This document shows, one piece after another, positions 15,364 to 21,783 of a DNA stretch of 21,783 nt. How positions within the stretch are numbered: position 1 is the first letter of the stretch; each line of letters opens with the position of its first letter. The notes beneath the pieces are model-generated. The model was not told where the DNA came from. It saw nothing but the letters and a program-made list of their open reading frames with translations, and searched no databases. Where the stretch lies: the NCBI GenBank assembly GCA_036149055.1, contig JAYZQJ010000105.1, positions 1 to 21,783 of the forward strand. Reading direction: 5' to 3'. Source of the stretch: Myxococcota bacterium. Lineage in GTDB: Bacteria > Myxococcota_A > Polyangia > Polyangiales > Sandaracinaceae. A program made the position numbers and the translations under genes.

Positions 15364-16506
15364 ATGAATTTCGAGCTCACCGAAGAACAGCAGCTGGTCC
15401 AGCAGATGGCGCGCGACTTCGCCAAGAACGAAGTCGAGCCCCGGGCCCGAGAGCTGGATCGCGAGGCGGGCTGGCCGGCGGACCTCGTGAAGCGCATGGG
15501 CGAGCTCGGCCTGATGGGCGTCGCGATCCCCGAGGAGAACGGCGGCGCCGGCGCCGACAACGTGAGCTACGCGCTCGCCATGGAGGAGATCGCCCGCGCG
15601 TGCGCCTCCACCTCGGTCATCATGAGCGTCAACAACTCGCTCGTGTGCGACCCGCTCTCCAAGTTCGCCAACGACGGCCAGAAGAAGGAGTTCCTCGAGC
15701 CGCTCGCCTCCGGCGCGAAGCTCGGCTGCTTCGGCCTCACCGAGCCCGCCAGCGGCTCGGACGCGTCGAACATGGACACCTTCGCCGAGGAGGACGGCGA
15801 TCACTGGGTGATCAACGGCGCCAAGAACTGGATCACCAACGGCCCCCACGCCGACGTGATGATCCTCTTCGCCGCCCACGAGCGCGGCGCCGGCTACAAG
15901 GGCACCACCGCCTTCATCATCCCGAAGGACACCCCCGGCTACGAGCCGCAGCCGCGCGACCACAAGCTCGGCATCCACGCGGCGCACTCCTGCACGGTCT
16001 TCTTCGAGAACTGCCGCGTCCCCAAGTCGCTCCAGCTCGGCGACAAGGGCATGGGCTTCAAGATCGCGATGAGCACCCTCGACGGCGGCCGCGTCGGCAT
16101 CGCCGCGCAGGCCCTCGGCATCGCCCGGGCCGCGCTCGAGGAGTCGGTCGCCTACGCCAAGGAGCGCAAGGCGTTCGGCGAGCCGATCGCCAACAAGCAG
16201 GCCATCCAGTTCAAGATCGCCGACATGGCGATGGAGCTCGACGCGGCCCGCCTGCTGACGCTGCGCGCCGCCTACCTGAAGGACAAGGGCGTCCGCCACT
16301 CCCAGGAGTCGGCGATGGCGAAGCTGATGGCGTCCGAGGTCGCGACCAGGGTCGCCCACCAGAACATCCAGGTGCACGGCGGCTACGGCTACTCGACCGA
16401 GTACGACGCCGAGCGCCACTACCGCGACGCGCGCATCACCGAGATCTACGAGGGGACGAGCGAGATCCAGCGCATCGTCATCGCGGCGCACGCCCTCAAG
16501 GGCTGA
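15364..16506 (+). CDS. Acyl-CoA dehydrogenase (short/branched-chain, butyryl-CoA dehydrogenase-like)
   Basis: CFGLTEPASGSD, INGAKNWITN, TLDGGRVGIAAQALG, QVHGGYGY..EY..ER.YRDARITEIYEGTSEIQR. Confidence 0.97.
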   Translation: MNFELTEEQQLVQQMARDFAKNEVEPRARELDREAGWPADLVKRMGELGLMGVAIPEENGGAGADNVSYALAMEEIARACASTSVIMSVNNSLVCDPLSKFANDGQKKEFLEPLASGAKLGCFGLTEPASGSDASNMDTFAEEDGDHWVINGAKNWITNGPHADVMILFAAHERGAGYKGTTAFIIPKDTPGYEPQPRDHKLGIHAAHSCTVFFENCRVPKSLQLGDKGMGFKIAMSTLDGGRVGIAAQALGIARAALEESVAYAKERKAFGEPIANKQAIQFKIADMAMELDAARLLTLRAAYLKDKGVRHSQESAMAKLMASEVATRVAHQNIQVHGGYGYSTEYDAERHYRDARITEIYEGTSEIQRIVIAAHALKG

Positions 16507-16527
16507 GGGCAGGGGAGAGCAGTTCAG

Positions 16528-17241
16528 ATGAAGAGGATGATCGGGATCCTCCTCGCCGGCCTCGCGCTGGTGGGGTGCGGGGGCGGTGAGGCGAGCGTCG
16601 ACGAGGCCGAGACGTCGAGGGCCACGTCGGGCAGCGAGAGCGCGCGAGGGCGGGACGACGGGGTGGCGATCACGGGCCTGATGGGCACCATCGAGCGCGG
16701 CCAGGTCGAGTCGACCCTCAACCCGCGCATGGGCCGCTTCATGCGCTGCTTCTCCCAGCGCATGGGCGACGTGGAGTACCTCGCCGGCGAGATCCGCATG
16801 AGCTTCCGCATCCACACCGACGGCAGCGTCGCGTGGGTGTTCCCGACCGACTCGGACATCGGCGACCGCGAGGCCGAGCGCTGCATCCTCGACGTGGCGC
16901 GGTCCGCGCGCTTCCCCCGCCCGCGCGGCGGCGAGGCGGAGTTCAGCTGGGGCTTCGGGCTCGACGCCGCCGAGGACGTCCGGCCGCCGCTCAACTGGAG
17001 CGCCGAGGCCCTGGGCGAGCGCAGCGGGGACGTCTCGGGCCTCGCTCGCCAGTGCGGCGCCCGCGCGTCGTACCGGGTCACCGCCTACATCGCCCCCGGC
17101 GGCGCCGTGCAGGCGGTGGGCGGCACCATGCCGAGCGCCGAAGACGAGCAGACCCTGGAGTGCATCCTCGAGCAGGTGCGCGCCTGGGAGATGCCCGACC
17201 CCGGCTCGTACGCGGCCAAGATCACCTTCGAGGTACGCTGA
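16528..17241 (+). CDS. Lipoprotein with tandem AgmX/PglI C-terminal (TonB-C-like) domains
   Basis: LALVG-C lipobox; GTIERGQV...RCF...LAGEIRMSFRIHTDGSV...AERCILDVARSARFPRPRGG; second unit IAPGGAV...LECILEQVRAWEMPDPG...KITF. Confidence 0.75.
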   Translation: MKRMIGILLAGLALVGCGGGEASVDEAETSRATSGSESARGRDDGVAITGLMGTIERGQVESTLNPRMGRFMRCFSQRMGDVEYLAGEIRMSFRIHTDGSVAWVFPTDSDIGDREAERCILDVARSARFPRPRGGEAEFSWGFGLDAAEDVRPPLNWSAEALGERSGDVSGLARQCGARASYRVTAYIAPGGAVQAVGGTMPSAEDEQTLECILEQVRAWEMPDPGSYAAKITFEVR

Positions 17242-17242
17242 C

Positions 17243-18356
<1,114 letters not shown>

Positions 18357-18379
<23 letters not shown>

Positions 18380-18824
18380 GCGCGTAGCGGCGGGTGCGGT
18401 CCTCGCTCCAGAGCCAGCCCGCGGGGTCGAGCCAGGCCACCGGGCCCAGCAGCTCGCGCGCCGCGCGGTAGCGGCGGATCTCGCGCCAGAGGCCGAAGGC
18501 GGCGAAGGGGCCCGCGAACGCAGCGCTCCAGCCGGCGTACCAGAGCGCGGTCGCCACGATGGCCGCGCCCGTCGGCATGACGCCGTCCGCCAGCGCGCCC
18601 CCGAACGTGCAGAGCAGCCCCGCGGTGGTCAGCACGGAGACGGCGGCGCCCACGAAGAAGGCGAACATCGCCAGCGCGCGGCGGGTCTCCTCCTGGACCG
18701 GGGGGAGGGTGACCCGCCGGGGCTGACCGGCATCGGCCCGCCCATACGGTGGCCGTGGCTCGGCCTCTCCGAGCTCGTCCGGCATGCGCGCGGCCATCTT
18801 GCGCAGCGTGTCCAGGGTCAGCAT
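18357..18824 (-). CDS. Hypothetical two-TM membrane protein
   Basis: 155-aa ORF with two hydrophobic segments; fills the gap between ACAD2 and the divergent DUF4331 operon; 23-bp convergent overlap with ACAD2. Confidence 0.6.
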
Positions 18825-18868
18825 TCCGCCTGCTCATCCTAACCTCGGGCTTCTTCTTCCTCCACGTC

Positions 18869-18893
18869 GAACCACCTCACGGGGTGGCTCGTA
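18869..18893 (+). promoter_or_regulatory. Putative ECF sigma-factor promoter GAAC-N17-CGTA
   Basis: GAAC at 18869-18872 and CGTA at 18890-18893, matching the general ECF AAC...CGT consensus, upstream of the AGGAGG RBS of the DUF4331 operon. Confidence 0.5.
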
Positions 18894-18949
18894 AGGCTGG
18901 GGCGCCGGCGGCGGGGCACCGCCCGGGCGCGACAACATCAGGAGGAATG

Positions 18950-19690
18950 ATGAGACAGAGATTGGGACTGTGGCTTCGCCTCGGCGCGCTGGGCGCCTTG
19001 GCCGGGGGGGTCGCGATCGCAGCGCCGCACATGGCGCTCGGAGCGGACCACGTGGACTCGCCGGCGGCCGTCGCCGAGCCCACGGCCGACATCAACGACA
19101 TGTTCGCGTGGATGACGTCCGACGGAAACGACCTGAACCTGGTCGCCACCGTCGTGCCGTTCGCGAGCGGCGACTCGGCGTTCTCGGACGCCACCACCTA
19201 CGCGTTCCACGTCAACAGCTCCGCCGGCTACGGCATGGCGCAGACCAACACCGACGTCCGCTGCCAGTTCTACTCGGACACCAACATCGAGTGCTGGGTC
19301 ATCGACGCCGACGGAACGGTCGCGGCCTACGTCGAGGGTGACCCGAGCGACTCGGCCGGCCTCACCAACGCCGCGGGCAACCTGCGGGTGTTCGCCGGCG
19401 TGCGCAACGACCCGTTCTTCTTCAACCTCGGCGGCTTCAACGCCGTCGTCGGGACCGTGCGCACCGTGGCCGGGGACCTGACCTTCGACGCCGAGGGCTG
19501 CCCGCAGCTCGACGAGCCGACCGCCACGGCGCTCGTCACCCAGCTCCAGCAGGACCCCGACGGAAGCGAGGCCACCGACGACTTCGCCGGCGCCAACGTG
19601 CTCGCCCTCGTCGTCCAGGTCGACAAGACCCTGGTCAACCCGGGCGGAGACATCCTCGGTGTCTGGGCCTCCACCCACAGCGCGGAATGA
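18950..19690 (+). CDS. Secreted DUF4331-family protein, N-terminal half
   Basis: AGGAGG RBS; signal peptide ending ALG; ADHVDSP, ADINDMFAW, RVFAGVRNDPFFF, DDFAGANVLALVVQV, GVWAST motifs. Start is 18947 or 18950. Confidence 0.85.
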   Translation: MRQRLGLWLRLGALGALAGGVAIAAPHMALGADHVDSPAAVAEPTADINDMFAWMTSDGNDLNLVATVVPFASGDSAFSDATTYAFHVNSSAGYGMAQTNTDVRCQFYSDTNIECWVIDADGTVAAYVEGDPSDSAGLTNAAGNLRVFAGVRNDPFFFNLGGFNAVVGTVRTVAGDLTFDAEGCPQLDEPTATALVTQLQQDPDGSEATDDFAGANVLALVVQVDKTLVNPGGDILGVWASTHSAE

Positions 19691-19701
19691 GGAGAGACGT
19701 C

Positions 19702-20439
19702 ATGAAGAAGCGCAACCTGAGCCTCCTCGCGATCCTCGCCGCCTCCTCGCTCGCCCTCGTGGCCTGCGACGACGGCGAGACCCCCGACCCGGACAGCGGC
19801 GTGATGCCGATGGAAGACTCGGGCACCGGAGACCCGGACTCGGGCACCGGTGACCCCGACTCGGGCACGATGGACCCCGACTCCGGCGTCGGTCCCACGC
19901 CTCGCGGCATGGACAACCCGCCGACCCTCGGCGCCCAGATCGACCGCATGGGCCGCCCGGCCATCAGCACCGCCACCATCGCCACCTTCAACGGGGACGA
20001 GGCCGCGCGGGGCACGATGAAGGACATGTACAACGCCGACGCCGATCCCTCGATGTGGGTGACGAACTGGTCCGAGGAGATCAACTTCGCCCTCGGGGTC
20101 TACGACGGGCTCGACCGCGACTGCGGCAACCAGCTCGGCGCGGGCGCCGATCCGAGCGATCGCTACGCCTTCCTCGCCGGCGTCCTCGCGGACGACCAGC
20201 TCTACGTGAACTCCGGCACCGGCGACACGGGCGTCTACCTCGGCGTCGAGGCCGAGGCGCTCTCCATCGTGCCGGACGGCGGCAGCGGCGGTCGTCGCCC
20301 CGCGGACGACGTCATCGACCGCTCCTACTCGGTCCTCGCGGCCGGGATCCTCACCGGGATCGACGACACCATCACCACGGACGACGCCGCGGCGATGACC
20401 GACCCCGACACCTTCCCCTTCCTCGCGCCGCCGCTCTGA
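19702..20439 (+). CDS. DUF4331-family lipoprotein, C-terminal half
   Basis: GAGGAG RBS; LALVA-C lipobox; acidic linker; QIDRMGRPAI, GGRRPADDVID, TFPFLAPP motifs. Confidence 0.85.
   Translation: MKKRNLSLLAILAASSLALVACDDGETPDPDSGVMPMEDSGTGDPDSGTGDPDSGTMDPDSGVGPTPRGMDNPPTLGAQIDRMGRPAISTATIATFNGDEAARGTMKDMYNADADPSMWVTNWSEEINFALGVYDGLDRDCGNQLGAGADPSDRYAFLAGVLADDQLYVNSGTGDTGVYLGVEAEALSIVPDGGSGGRRPADDVIDRSYSVLAAGILTGIDDTITTDDAAAMTDPDTFPFLAPPL
19816..19887 (+). repeat. 21-bp tandem repeat (about 3.5 copies) encoding DSGTGDP
   Basis: GACTCGGGCACCGGAGACCCG / GACTCGGGCACCGGTGACCCC / GACTCGGGCACGATGGACCCC / GACTCCGGC. Confidence 0.9.
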
Positions 20440-20451
20440 GGTGAACGCGTC

Positions 20452-21690
20452 ATGACTCGAAGCGCCTCCGCCCTCGCCCTCGTCCTCTCGCTCTCGGCAC
20501 CGCTGTATGCGGCGTGCGAGGGCGGGGAGGGGGCGCCTCCCGTCACCCCGTCCGACATGGTCGACGCGGAGCAGCCCCGCGCCGTCCCGGTCGACACCGT
20601 CCGGCGCACCACCCGCGGCGACATCGCCGCCCGGAACCTCGACGCGCAGATCGTCGGCCTCCGCGAGCACCTCGGGCGCAACCCGGGGGATCCCGCGCTC
20701 CGCGGCCGCCTGGTCGATCTGCTCCTGATGCGCACCGCCTACCTCGGGCGCTTCTCCGACTTCGACGAGGCCGACGCGCTCACCGCCGAGGGGCTCGTCC
20801 TCCACGCGGACACGCCCGCCGCCCACGTCTCGCGCGCCGCCTTCCTGAGCGCCGTGCACCGCTTCACCGAGGCCCTCGACGCGCTGGACCGCGCCGAGGC
20901 GCTCGGCAGCGACCCCGCGTCCCTCGAGCGCTCGCGGGTCTCCATCTCGGTCGCGCTCGGCGTCGACCCGGAGGCCACGCTCGCGCGCGCCGAGGCGCTG
21001 AGCGCGGACGCGCCGACCTTCGCCAACCGGACCACGCTCGCCAACGCGCTCGCCGCGGCGGGCCGCTTCGAGGAGGCGGACGCGGTCTACGTCGACGCCC
21101 TCGCCGAGTACCGCGACGTCTCGCCGTTCCCGGTGGCGTTCGTGAGCTTCGCGCGCGGCGTCATGTGGGCCGAGATGGCCGACGAGCCCGAGCTCGCGCT
21201 CGCCCTCTACGGGGACGCGACCTCACGCCTGCCCGACTACGTGGTCGCCAACGTGCACCTCGCCGAGCTCGAGTCCGAGCGCGCCCGCCTCGCGCTGGCC
21301 CGCGACCGCCTCGCGCGGCTCGTCGACCGTGACGACCCGGAGCCGGCCGGCCTCCTCTCGGAGCTGACCGAAGACGCGGGGGAGCGCGACGACCTCGTCG
21401 CGATCGCGGCCGCGCGCTACGAGCGGCTCCTCTCGTCGCACCGGGCCGCCTTCCTGGACCACGGCTCCGAGTTCTTCGCCGGCCCCGGCGGAGACCCCGA
21501 GCGCGCGCTCGCGATGGCCACCGAGAACCTCGAGGCGCGTCGCAACGGCCGCGCCTACGTCGTCGCCATCGAGGCCGCCCTCGCCGCCGACCGTCCCGAC
21601 ACCGCCTGCGAATTCGCCGCCGAGGCCGAGGCCGCCCGCCGCTTCCACCCGGTGCTCGACCACCTCGTCGCCGACCTAGCCTGCGAATGA
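20452..21690 (+). CDS. TPR-repeat lipoprotein associated with the DUF4331 genes
   Basis: GAGGTG RBS; YAA-C lipobox-like signal; helical repeats (AVHRFTEALDALDRA, AGRFEEADAVY, LPDYVVANVHLAELE). Confidence 0.85.
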   Translation: MTRSASALALVLSLSAPLYAACEGGEGAPPVTPSDMVDAEQPRAVPVDTVRRTTRGDIAARNLDAQIVGLREHLGRNPGDPALRGRLVDLLLMRTAYLGRFSDFDEADALTAEGLVLHADTPAAHVSRAAFLSAVHRFTEALDALDRAEALGSDPASLERSRVSISVALGVDPEATLARAEALSADAPTFANRTTLANALAAAGRFEEADAVYVDALAEYRDVSPFPVAFVSFARGVMWAEMADEPELALALYGDATSRLPDYVVANVHLAELESERARLALARDRLARLVDRDDPEPAGLLSELTEDAGERDDLVAIAAARYERLLSSHRAAFLDHGSEFFAGPGGDPERALAMATENLEARRNGRAYVVAIEAALAADRPDTACEFAAEAEAARRFHPVLDHLVADLACE

Positions 21691-21696
21691 GGACCC

Positions 21697-21757
21697 GGGG
21701 ACGATCCGATTCAAATAATCGATCTCCGAGATCGCTGATTGGTATAGGATCGTCCCC
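21697..21757. repeat. Nested inverted repeat / REP-like hairpin immediately after the operon (possible terminator or stabiliser)
   Basis: GGGGACGATCC (21697-21707) pairs with GGATCGTCCCC (21747-21757); inner CGATCTC-c-GAGATCG (21720-21734). Confidence 0.8.
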
Positions 21758-21783
21758 CGCGGCCTTAGGGGAAGAAACCCCGT

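Overview
Very GC-rich bacterial chromosomal window. Gene content (Hanks-type kinase with TM and TPR, OmpA/TSP3 protein, AgmX/PglI-type TonB-C lipoprotein, large TPR protein) points to Myxococcota, probably Sandaracinaceae/Polyangiales (inference). About 21 credible CDSs: a truncated Lys/Ala-rich histone-H1-like ORF, two tandem paralogous membrane proteins, purD, a Cys-less NifU-C-like protein, a small conserved helical protein, rluD, a degenerate DUF72 protein, an envelope cluster (TraB-like OmpA, tandem NTF2-like lipoprotein, 1213-aa TPR membrane protein), a Ser/Thr kinase, two acyl-CoA dehydrogenases flanking a TonB-C-like lipoprotein, and a DUF4331/TPR operon. No rRNA, tRNA, CRISPR array or transposase was seen. 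The most interesting observations are: (1) a DUF4331 protein split into a secreted N-half with a predicted ATCUN-like A-D-H N-terminus and a lipid-anchored C-half, each with one spare Cys, behind an ECF-type promoter; (2) about ten genes with a TA-initiated -10-like hexamer 6-8 nt before the start codon and no obvious SD, suggesting widespread leaderless mRNAs. Most long ORFs in the supplied track are GC-bias shadows. All family assignments come from motif recognition by eye, not database searches.
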